A DNA stretch of 23,019 nucleotides from Octopus sinensis (taxonomy: Eukaryota): assembly GCF_006345805.1 (NCBI RefSeq), contig NW_021836792.1, positions 1 through 23,019 of the forward strand, given 5' to 3'. The notes beneath the pieces were generated by a model. That model searched no databases. It saw only the letters and a list, made by a program, of their open reading frames with translations, and was not told where the DNA came from. A program made the translations under genes and the position numbers. Position 1 is the first letter of the stretch. Every line of letters begins with the position of its first letter. Shown here one piece after another: positions 1 to 8,782 of this stretch.

Positions 1-78
1 GGATCCAAAGCACATGGTCCTGCATTCAGTCCCACTCTGTGGTTACTTGGCATGTGTCTTCTGCGATAGCCTCAGACC
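1..78 (+). mobile_element. Fragment of an octopus-type tRNA-derived SINE (OR-like head/body), cut by the window edge
   Basis: CACATGGTCCTGCATTCAGTCCCACTCTGTGG...GTGTCTTCTGCGATAGCCTC matches the reverse complement of the SINE head at 13361-13470. The family name is from memory. Confidence 0.65.
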
Positions 79-213
79 AACTCGACTGAGGAAAGAAAAC
101 TCTGAATGACCCATCCTTGTTTTCTTTGTATCGACTATCTGGATGTTTGGTTGTCCCTTTTTTTGTATCACCTAACTGTCTGGATGTTTTGCATTATTGT
201 CGCATTTCGTATG

Positions 214-214
<1 letters not shown>

Positions 215-249
<35 letters not shown>
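215..249. repeat. (TA)n microsatellite
   Basis: Perfect TA run. Confidence 0.95.
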
Positions 250-253
<4 letters not shown>

Positions 254-996
254 TTTTGGTTATATGTTTATACGTTTATTGATACAAAAAATAAGGATTT
301 TTAATTACTATATTTGTTGATTATAATTTAGATACTTATTTAGATACTTAAATAATAAATACATAAAGTATTTATTATTTTATAATTATTATATGCGAAC
401 TAAAATCTAAAAATATTGATAGTGAATATTTTGTTAAATAATTTGGTAATTAAATATTGGAGTATAACTGGGTTAAAAATATTCTATATTTTATTAATGT
501 TTTTTTAAGCTAAATTATATCTTCACAGATAAATACATATTTCTATCTATTTACTCTATTTTTTTACCTTAAATATTTAACATAATAAATGTATCATAGG
601 AAACTGATCCTAATGTTTTAAGTTTCAAATTTTGTTAATGGAGTTTCTTCTATAAGAAAAATTATTATTTTATTTATTTTTTAAATAAATATTGTTTAAC
701 TCTATTTGCTTATTTATTTAACTATTATTGTTAACCTGAAGATTGACTATAATTTTAAATTGAATTCATTTCAATTAAATTTAATTGTAATTCGAATTTC
801 ATTGTAGCCATGAAACATGTAGTTTTTTTATTTATTTTATATTGATTATTCATTTTTATACTTTTTGAGATCTAGTTATATGTTTTATAAAAATATATAT
901 TATTTGTTATTTAAGTTTTGTTTTATGTCTATCACTGTTTGAGTTTCATAATAGTGGTTTTATCTCTAATTTATATTTTATATATATTTATATATA

Positions 997-1689
997 AATT
1001 CTATAATTATGAGTATAATTATAATTAGGGTTCAGCAAAATTTGCTTCACCACATACCGAAATTTAGAAATAGCAGTTAAAAACTACTATTCTACTACTA
1101 TAAGGTATCTCCCAGACAGCAATACTCAACAACTCACTCAGGTAAAGAGAAAAAATAACGAATCTACCTGGCTCTGATTAACTGTACATGCATTTCAGAG
1201 TTAGAGAGATGTGAAAAATGTAAAATCATATTTCTACTCACTCACTCTCCTCATCAGTACAGTAATTCAAATTTTAAATTTGAGAGCACTGATAATTAAT
1301 ATAAGTATTTGATCAAGTGACATCAAACAGCATATATCCAAAGACCAGTACTTCCGAATTCGAACAGATGAATGAGATATTGTATTCCTCCTCATTCACC
1401 CATGTGTGCCAATGAGTAAAAATCTGCAGAAACTGCATTTACTATCAGGGAGAGAATTATATTATCAATAATAATAAAGGGTAAAATTGATTAATAATCA
1501 ATAATTTTCCAAGTAGTTCAGTATGTTAAAAGAACCATTATCGGTAAACTTATTCAAAAATTCCGTAATTACGAATATAATTATAATTAGGGTTCAGCAA
1601 AATTTGCTTCACCACATACCGAAATTTAGAAATAGCAGTTAAAAACTACTATTCTCCTACTATAAGATATCTCCTAGACTGCAATACTC
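997..1689 (+). repeat. Pair of ~130-bp direct repeats (997-1127 and 1558-1689) flanking ~430 bp of unique sequence
   Basis: TATAATTATAATTAGGGTTCAGCAAAATTTGCTTCACCACATACCGAAATTTAGAAATAGCAGTTAAAAACTACTATTCT is shared exactly. The copies diverge after GCAATACTC. Confidence 0.9.
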
Positions 1690-1877
1690 GTTTCAGCTTT
1701 AAAGCACCACTATTGGTTTTGCTACACCTTCATGCACATCATGCAGGTCTCTCAGGTATTTTGGAAGGATATTGGAGAGCTGTGGGCCCTTGAAACCCAA
1801 GCTGTTGCAGTATCTGTCCTGTATTTTGATGGTGAATGTGGGGTATGCAGTGGCTATATAAGCAATGTATTTGGAGG

Positions 1878-1955
1878 CAAAAATGGGTTAGATGGGTGCT
1901 GATGAGAGGGCAAAAACCCCTGAAATATGGCATATAGACTTATTACCCATTTTTG
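1878..1955 (+). ncRNA. Type-I hammerhead ribozyme motif, copy 1 (probably impaired)
   Basis: Core CTGATGA 1899-1905; stem II AGGG/CCCT with CAAAAAC loop; GAAA 1922-1925; stem III ATATG-G-CATAT; AUA site with predicted cut after 1936. Stem I ATGGGTG/GACTTAT has a G.G mismatch at the first pair. Distal stem AAAAATGGGT/ACCCATTTTT. Confidence 0.65.
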
Positions 1956-2235
1956 TCTTCAATCTCATTGTTTGTTTACATCTGACGTCTCGTATACAAA
2001 ACAGTGTTGCAAAAGTCAGTGCTGGCTGTACTTTCTTAAAAATATCTGTAGAAATAACCTTAACAAAATAATGCAAAAAGCACTGCTAATGTAATAGAAC
2101 CTGGTATTGACTTATAAAAACATTTAATATACTTTATAGTATATTATGGTTGCATAACGAAATACATACTAATTGCTACATCCAATAACTTAACACCACT
2201 GTATGTGGTGGCTATATAAGCAATGTGTTTGGAGG

Positions 2236-2319
2236 CAAGAATGGGTTAGATGGGTGCTGATGAAGAGGCAAAGCCCCCCCCCCCCGAAATATGACATATA
2301 CACTCATTACCCATTTTTG
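2236..2319 (+). ncRNA. Type-I hammerhead ribozyme motif, copy 2 (largely intact)
   Basis: Stem I ATGGGTG (2250-2256) / CACTCAT (2301-2307), 7 bp; core CTGATGA 2257-2263 plus an extra A; stem II GAGG...CCCC with an expanded C run; GAAA 2286-2289; stem III ATATG-A-CATAT; AUA site with predicted cut after 2300. Distal stem CAAGAATGGGT/ACCCATTTTTG lies beyond a TAG/T internal loop. Confidence 0.78.
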
Positions 2320-2447
2320 TCTTTGATCTCATTATTTGTTTTCATTTGATGTCTCGATATGAAGCATAGCAAAAATCAGTGCTGGCTATAATTTCTATAG
2401 AATATCTGTAGAAATAACCGTAACAAAATAATTTGAAATTAATTAAG

Positions 2448-2980
2448 ATCAACAGGTTCTTGTTCTCTTTTAAAATTACTCTGCATTCAACAGCTGGAGT
2501 TTCTCCTGCTAAACTGCTGTTCAAACATCACTTGCAGATTGCTTTTCATTTACTGAAACTAGATACTTCTCATCAAATTCTTAGGGTTCAATATGATATG
2601 GAACAAAAGAGAAAAATATTGTGTTCTTGCACTGAATTTTGGAGCTAGTGAATGCTGGGTAAAAGGCACTGTGTCCAGATAGTTGGGTTATGTGTTACAA
2701 TCTGAAGCTTTGAACCCAGTCAGCTGAAGTATTGGCACTCATATTCCTACTGTTACAGTGGCTGGGGTTCTTGTTATTCCTGGAATGCCTACAGTTTCTA
2801 AGTTACCTGAAATGCCAGGTAAAGTTACTGAATTGCCTAAGGTGTCAATTACTGCTGATTCTCCTCTGTATAAATACTGTTGTTTCTCCCAGTACATCTA
2901 AAGTGCTGACTGGTCCCAAAGCTCATAGGTGATGTTACCAATGTCAACTGCCCTCTAGGTTTCATGATTACATATATGGA
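2448..2980 (+). mobile_element. Degenerate Ty3/Gypsy pol C-terminus (end of integrase core plus C-terminal region)
   Basis: NRFLFSFKITLHSTAGVSPAKLLF resembles the Gypsy motif RFLxxYRxTPHSTTGxSPAELLF. After a frameshift comes VLALNFGASECWVKGTVSR*LG, then a P/T-rich linker and a terminal LPSRFHDYI. Confidence 0.75.
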
Positions 2981-3348
2981 AAACATTAATTAATGGTGTT
3001 GGAGTTGTTGTACCAGCAAGAACATTGAAGCAGGAGAAACAATTTCAGTGTTAGTTGTCCAACTATCTATGCAATTCTCCAGCAGAGAAAAGATCTAAAA
3101 GGTGCTTGAAACTGACAGTGGGAGCTATCTTGAAGCATGACTAAGGACAAACAAAATTTGTGTTGAAGTTCCAGTATGCAGGCCTCACATTTAAATAAAC
3201 AACAGTTCCATGGCCATGTTAAGCAAATCTTATATTGCTTTGATCTATGGTTGATAAGGCAATCTCACAATCTTATTTTCCAAACTGGTTTCATCGTTAC
3301 TTTTTGAATGAGTCACTTATATTTCTCTCTTTTTCTAATGTTAATCAG

Positions 3349-3375
3349 AGGAAACAGGACATTGCACATGACACT
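3349..3375 (+). other. Candidate 27-nt cassette or alternative exon of SLC35C1
   Basis: Upstream pyrimidine tract TTTCTCTCTTTTTCTAATGTTAATCAG contains a CTAAT branch-like motif. Downstream donor is ACT|GTAAGT. No transcript evidence. Confidence 0.4.
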
Positions 3376-3602
3376 GTAAGTCCTTCCCAGACTGGTGAGA
3401 TAAAGGCAACCAAAGACAAGGTAGTGGTGTTCAAATATGCTGCATATTGGATCTATTGTCATTAATGTGTAAATACAACTTAGATTTCTAATTTTCTAGC
3501 TGTTCAAATATGTGTGTGTGTGTTTTTGTGTGCATATGTGTGTGTATGTAGGCATATATTTATATATGTGTTTATATATATATATATATATCTTTACCAC
3601 AG

Positions 3603-3663
3603 GTTCATCTCAATATCCATGGTGTTCATTAATAAATACTTATTAAGTAGCAAACAACTGAAG
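3603..3663 (+). CDS. SLC35C1: GDP-fucose transporter 1, internal coding exon (61 nt; begins with the last base of a split codon): (W)FISISMVFINKYLLSSKQLK
   Basis: Acceptor CTTTACCACAG and donor AAG|GTAAGT. The peptide matches the SLC35C1/Gfr TM1 region (human [22 protein letters not shown]) and joins in frame to 12425. Confidence 0.93.
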
Positions 3664-4154
3664 GTAAGTCATCTTCATCAGTTTTAGTTTCAGAACTTAA
3701 CATTATCATATTCCCCCTCTCCTACTAATCACTATACAGTGCACCCAACCACTACATTTAATATATCCAACCGTCAAACTGTTCCTCTGTTCTACTCAGT
3801 GTGTTTGCTTAATTAATTGCATGTCTACTCTGATATTTTCATTATTACTGGGTTTTCTTGGGGTGGTAGGGTATCAAAAACTAAACAAAAAGTAAGACAA
3901 AATATTTATATAATTTTTGCCAATTAATTGGAGATTAAATACATAGCCCATTTCTGTTCAAGCTAGTCCTTATACTAGGCAACCTACAGGTTGTTTTAAA
4001 AGCCCTAGCAAAATCAGTTATATATGAAAATAATAGTGCAAAATACATTTAACAACAAAAAATATGCCAGCTAAAAAAACTTGCCCACTCACTTTTTGTT
4101 GAAGTTGTATGAAATGTTCTTTCACCCATTTTTGTTGTTAATATTATATTAGAT

Positions 4155-4345
4155 AAGGTGGTGAGCTGGCAGAATCATTAGCATGCTTGGCTCCATTTCA
4201 TCCATCTTTATGTTTTGAGTTCAGATTCCTCCATGGCTGACTTTGCCTCTTGTCCTATCAAGATTGATAAAATAAGTACCAGTTTATGTAATCAACTTAT
4301 CCCCTCCCCCAAATTGCTGGCCTGGTGCTGAAATTTGAAATCAAT
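4155..4345 (+). mobile_element. Octopus-type tRNA-derived SINE (OK-like), decayed
   Basis: AAGGTGGTGAGCTGGCAGAATCATTAGC...GAGTTCAGATTCC...GACTTTGCC...GATAAAATAAGTACCAG. Same family as 13521-13690, 15507-15642 and (- strand) 12690-12890. Confidence 0.8.
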
Positions 4346-4544
4346 ATTGTGTCAGATACCTGTTTTTTTTTCTATATAATAAAATAGGGAAATGCTCATC
4401 AAAAATAATTCTTGTGTTATTGAATCAACTTTAATATATTACTTCTGATTCAGTTTCTTTAACCCCATAGGGAAAAAAATTGCAAAGATAGAAGCAATTT
4501 TGAACTGTATACAGGAAGTGTTGGGTGTAGATCAATATAGAATA

Positions 4545-5395
4545 ATAATAAAAATATTACTATGTGCAGGGGAAAACAGGAGAATAGCAGTGGAATAGTA
4601 TTATGCAATGGAGAAATAACAACAGAGCTAAAGGAAGCAGGATATAAGTACCTATGAGAACTGGAATTAAATGATATAATGTTTAGAGAGTTGAAGGAGT
4701 AAGTACAAAAGACCATTGATAGATTGGGTAAGATTAATTCTTAAAACTTTGTGTATGACATCAAAACCTGGGCTATGACTGTTGTTCGTTATGGTGTAGC
4801 CAGACTTGACTGGATGCTAGAGGAAATTGATGAAATGAACTGATGTACATGGAAATTGCTGCACAAATTCAAATTCTCCACCCATAAACAAATATATACT
4901 TGTTCATAGATTGAACACACAGCAGCAGGGACTTATTAGTGCATTGCAATGTGTTGCTGTAGAAAGGCGAATGCTGAAATTTTATCTTGTAAACAACTGA
5001 AGTTTCGATTAAATATGTTGCTAAGTTGGTGTGTTTGAAAGAGATTAAAACCAGATTCACACAAATAAATGGCCAGGGCAATTGAGCTAAGATGACCAAA
5101 CATTACATTGATGGTTAAAGAGTCCTACAAAACTTCCATTATTGTTATAGCAATCCCAGGTGACCATAATTAATAGCTGAAGTCAAAACGATTACTATCC
5201 TTGTAAAGGTGAAGATAAAACTAGAAAGAATGTGGAATACCACTACTAAAATTATTCCTGTTCTGGTAAGAACACTAGGGTCTGTCTAAGAAACTCTTAC
5301 AATTCCTTGGTCAACTTAAAATCGAATACAATATCAGCACTATACAAAAAACTGCCCTATTAGGCACTGTTCATATCATGATGGAGAGACCTTAA
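4545..5395 (+). mobile_element. R4/Dong-like non-LTR retrotransposon remnant (RT C-terminus plus restriction-like endonuclease), many stops and frameshifts
   Basis: SGIVLCNGEITTELKEAGYKYL; IKTWAMTVVRYGVARLDWMLEEIDEM; RLE-type IIVIAIPGD; terminal FLGQLKIEYNISTIQKTALLGTVHI. Confidence 0.8.
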
Positions 5396-5548
5396 AGAAA
5401 ATCAAGCCAGTTTTTAGACACCATGAGAAGCACAATGTTTAACTCTGTGTTGAATAAAGTTATAGGTTTGAATCCCTTGGCAGTGTCACTACTCCCCTGC
5501 TCACTCAACTGAGAATCCTCTCAGTCTGTTGCTACTTGAAGTAGACAA

Positions 5549-5800
5549 CTACCAAGACAGACGTGAATAAGTGTGGCATGTAGAAATATAGCTCATTGGG
5601 CAGACTATGCAATCTTTGTCAAACTGGCCAAGCTTATCCACCACTTCATCAGCAGAAATCAGATTTTCACAGTACTCAGTTCCCTGTCTAGTGGTGATTT
5701 CTACCACCAAGGCCCAATGGATTGCTTTTGTAGCTTCATGTTTCAGCACATGCAACCTAAGTTAGATATAATGCACCCTTTATGTTTCATGTTGAAGAAC
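5549..5800 (-). mobile_element. Possible BEL/Pao integrase remnant
   Basis: EATKAIHWALVVEITTRQG resembles the BEL motif ATKAIHLELVSDLTT...RRG, and YCENLISADE weakly resembles YSDN..FVGADRE. The match is short and requires deletions. Confidence 0.4.
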
Positions 5801-5806
5801 TGGTTG

Positions 5807-6108
5807 TTAGTTAGTTAGTTAGTTAGATAATTTGGCTCAAAAGCAAATAGCAAGGCCATGTAGGGGGACATGGAGTTAAGTACAGGGTGGTGTTCATGTA
5901 AAGAGTTCAGGCCACTTGAGGTCCAGGGAGGCTTTGAACAAAGCGGTCGTCAGCATCTTCACCATCTTGTCTGGCAGCTTGTTCCACGGATCCGCAACCC
6001 GGACGGAGAAAGCTCCTCTCCTTCGATTGAGATGAAATCGTCGCAGGTAGAGCTTTTCGGAATGACCCCGCAGCCGACGCTCCGGAGCAGGAGTGAAGAA
6101 CAGCTCTT
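5807..6108 (-). mobile_element. 5'-truncated CR1-clade LINE 3' end with (CTAA)n tail, young
   Basis: The - strand reads ELFFTPAPERRLRGHSEKLYLRRFHLNRRRGAFSVRVADPWNKLPDKMVKMLTTALFKASLD (CR1 ORF2 C-terminal RGH..K / FS.RV...WN.LP / FK..LD motifs). A short 3' UTR is followed by (TTAG)5 at 5807-5826. Many CpGs are retained. Confidence 0.9.
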
Positions 6109-6912
6109 GAGGACTATTCTTGCTTCTAGCACATCTTTTACAAAAATACTTTTTTTACTATTATTCTCTGCACTTATATTGTTGCCTAAACTAACAAATG
6201 TTTTTCTGATTTTTCCTTTTAGTGAAACTTATTACTTATTTTTGATGATGACTCCTATCAATTCTTGCTTAACTAGTACAGTAACCCAATATCTTAATGC
6301 TTTGTTCTCTGAAGGATGGATTTGTTTTCCAGTTACTGGGTCCTTGTCAATTTGTCTGTTCTAAATTGGCTGTAAAGTACACAAATTTGTGATCACCTAC
6401 CTAAACTATGAACAACTTATACAATGCTTAGCTGCTAGCCTGATGAAAAACCCTAAATACAATCTAGATGACTCATTGTAATTTCACCAAGCCTGCATTG
6501 GCACATTAGGGAAATCAAAGCAAAACCTTCAGTTGAAAATGCTTGCGAAGTTTTGCAAGGTTTTTGTATCCCACTCCCCTTTAGGCTATTTCCACTTAAT
6601 CATTGCATTCCAATCTTCTATTTATGAGAGGAGCCAAGCTTATTATATCTTCATCTGACTAGTTACTGATTATACACCCATAACATTTTGCATATTTCAT
6701 CTGCAATTTGTGCTTATTATGATTATTATGTAACTCCAGGCTTCCTGCAAGAGCTCTTGAGCTGTGAATTTATATATTTTCTTATCTTATTCTGTACTAT
6801 TCTGCATTTTTTGTACTCCATATTGGGTTGGCAAGAAAGTAATTTTGTTTTTTACAAAATAGAGTTCATTATTTACATTGGATGGATATGTGTCCTCATC
6901 TTGTTTTTTGTT

Positions 6913-6959
6913 ACTGCCACGTTTCGACTGATTTACTCACCAGCCTTCATCAGGTTTCC
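6913..6959 (-). ncRNA. Decayed minimal hammerhead motif
   Basis: The - strand reads CTGATGA-A-GGCTG(GTGAGTAAAT)CAGTC-GAAA-CGTG. Core and stem II are intact, but the cleavage triplet is GUG and stem I does not pair, so it is predicted inactive. Confidence 0.6.
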
Positions 6960-7029
6960 TGGTGGAATTTTGAACCTAACCCTGGCTTCTCATTCCTAAC
7001 GTATTTTTTTGCTGATGTTATTTATTCAA

Positions 7030-7100
7030 GGCACTGCCTGGAATTGAACTCAGAATCTTGGGGTTAGTAGCCCACACTCTTAACCACTATGCTATATGTC
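7030..7100 (-). promoter_or_regulatory. tRNA-like sequence with A and B boxes (Pol III/SINE-type head); not a functional tRNA
   Basis: The - strand reads TAGCATAGTGGTTAAGAGTGTGGGCTACTAACCCCAAGATTCTGAGTTCAATTCCAGGC: A box TAGCATAGTGG, B box GAGTTCAATTCC, and an anticodon-like arm. No intact acceptor stem. Confidence 0.65.
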
Positions 7101-8782
7101 TGTGGGCAATTATAGAGTGAATTTTAGGGCTTATAAACCCAGTAGTTTATCTTTTCTTAATACTAGTTCCCATATTCTACTCATATTTGCACTAGAGCTA
7201 CTAAGGTTATTGTGTCCTAGCATATGTGCTGCCTCTTCAGTTTTTGTATTTTCCAGTGGTGTTCTCTGTCTAGTATTTTAACTTCATTCCACAGGGGAAG
7301 ATGTTCTCTGTTCTTTAGAAGCAAATTGTGCATAATTTTGTTTACAGCTGTTAGTTCAGTGTCAATTTTAACATGGAGTGCAAAAACAAACATTTTCACC
7401 ATATTTTGATTTTTTATTTCCATAAAAGCAAGAAAGTTACTGAGGCTCACAAAGAGATATGTGAAGTTTATGGTGTTGATTACTTAACAGAATGCACATG
7501 TCAGAAATAGTTTTAAAAATTCTGTTCTGGAGTTTTTTCACTCAAAGATTACCAACATTCTAGTTGACCTACTGAAGTTGATGATGACTGAATCAAAGCC
7601 ATAAATGTGCAAGAGATTACAGAGAGATTAAATGTATCACTCACAACAATTGAAAATCACTTAAAATGTCTTGGACTCGTTAAGAAGCTTGATATTTGGG
7701 TTCCACATAAATTGAAACACAACAAATCAATATTTACAATATGCATCTCAAATGCAATGAAATCAAGTGTTTTTTTAAACAAATAATCACTGGTGATGGA
7801 AAATGGATTGTCTACAATAACATGAATCGAAAACAGTCATGGTCCAAGTATAATGAGCCAGCACAAACCACATTGAATTGAATCAAAAAGGTCATGCTGT
7901 CAATTTGGTGGGATTACAAAGGTGTTGTGTATTTTGAGTTGCTTCCAGGGAACCAATTATTCAATTCAGATGTTTACTGTCAGCAAGTAATGAAACTGGA
8001 AGAAGCAATCAAAGAAAAACTGTCAGAACTGACAAATCATAAAGGAATCGTGTTCCACCATGACAATGCTAGGTGACACACATCTTTGCTAACTGGTGAA
8101 AAATTATTGGAGCTTGGTTGGAAAGTAATGTTATATCCATCAATATAGCTCTGACCTTGCACCATTTATTTTAAAGTTTGCAAAATTCTTTGAATGTTAA
8201 AACTTTCAATAATGATGATGACCTGAACTTGTACTTGCTTCAGTTTTTGGCTGATAAGGACCAGAAGTTCTATAATCATGAAGTTGCCAGAAAGATGGCA
8301 AAAGGTCATCAAACAAAATGGAAAATATATAATTGTTTAAAGTTCATTTTTTGTATGACAAAAAAACTGATTTTTATTTCACACTAAAAAACTGAAATTA
8401 TCTTCTTGCCAACCCAGTATTTCTTTTAAGCCTAACTGTGTTTATCTCCATTACTACCTCTATATCTGCTTGATTTGGATTTCTCTTTGACAGTATGGTT
8501 AAGTCTAAGTCCTTTTAAGTACTACTATGTGTTTTCTATACTGAGCATTCCCAGCTCTCACTTATTGTCTGTATAATATATATTATTGATATGTATACTT
8601 ATATACCCATAATTCTCCTTTGCTCATGCGCAGGCAGATATAAACAAACATATATACACAGGTACCTGTGTGCATGCACTCAAACCTCCTTCAAAAGGTG
8701 GAGGTGAGGGAAGTCAAAAGTGTAATGGGAGTGAATTGAAATTGCATGATTGTGCATGACTAGTACCTCCTTCAAAATATCC

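Larger units (their letters stand above)
1843..2432 (+). repeat. Pair of ~230-bp direct repeats (1843-2072 and 2201-2432) with a ~130-bp unrelated spacer; each copy carries a hammerhead fold
   Basis: Both copies run GTATG..GTGGCTATATAAGCAATG...ATGGGTTAGATGGGTGCTGATGA...GAAATATG.CATATA...TTACCCATTTTTGTC...AATATCTGTAGAAATAACC.TAACAAAATAAT. Identity is roughly 80-85% by eye. Confidence 0.92.
6866..7320 (-). mobile_element. Penelope-like element 3' remnant (end of GIY-YIG ORF, tRNA-like segment, decayed HHR), inserted in the mariner
   Basis: The - strand reads EHLPLWNEVKILDREHHWKIQKL(fs)EAAHMLGHNNL...SRIWE, typical of the PLE endonuclease C-terminus, followed downstream by a CTGATGA...GAAAC fold. 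Confidence 0.7.
6823..8417 (+). mobile_element. Mariner (mellifera-like) DNA transposon with both TIRs and TA target-site duplication; transposase pseudogene ~7373-8335
   Basis: Left end TA|TTGGGTTGGCAAGAAAGTAATTT and right end AATTATCTTCTTGCCAACCCAG|TA. The translation contains MECKNKHF..., WVPHKL, IITGDGKWIVY, MLSIWWDYKGVVYFELL, FHHDNAR and YSSDLAP. Interrupted at ~6866-7320 by a PLE remnant. Confidence 0.9.

Noticed and set aside
84-116. CTGAGGA-AAGAAAACTCT-GAAT as a hammerhead
   Set aside because: It has GAAT instead of GAAA and no stem I pairing.
1220-1265. - strand CTGATGA...GAAATATGA as a hammerhead
   Set aside because: The intervening GGAGAGTGAGTGAGTA cannot form stem II, and stem III is poor.
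1690-1715. TAT TG|GT as the missing SLC35C1 exon end
   Set aside because: Weak donor (GTTTTG), and the upstream peptide (SALKHHYW) does not resemble TM1.
2997-3269. Possible Gypsy 3' LTR (TGTT...CACA with AATAAA at 3194)
   Set aside because: No polypurine tract and no second LTR in the window; the termini are too short to distinguish from chance.
5870-6364. 164-aa + strand ORF
   Set aside because: It is the antisense reading of the CR1 3' end plus AT-rich flank; the meaningful frame is on the - strand.
7030-7100. Functional tRNA gene
   Set aside because: No acceptor stem, mismatched arms and an atypical ACT anticodon; it behaves like a SINE-type head.
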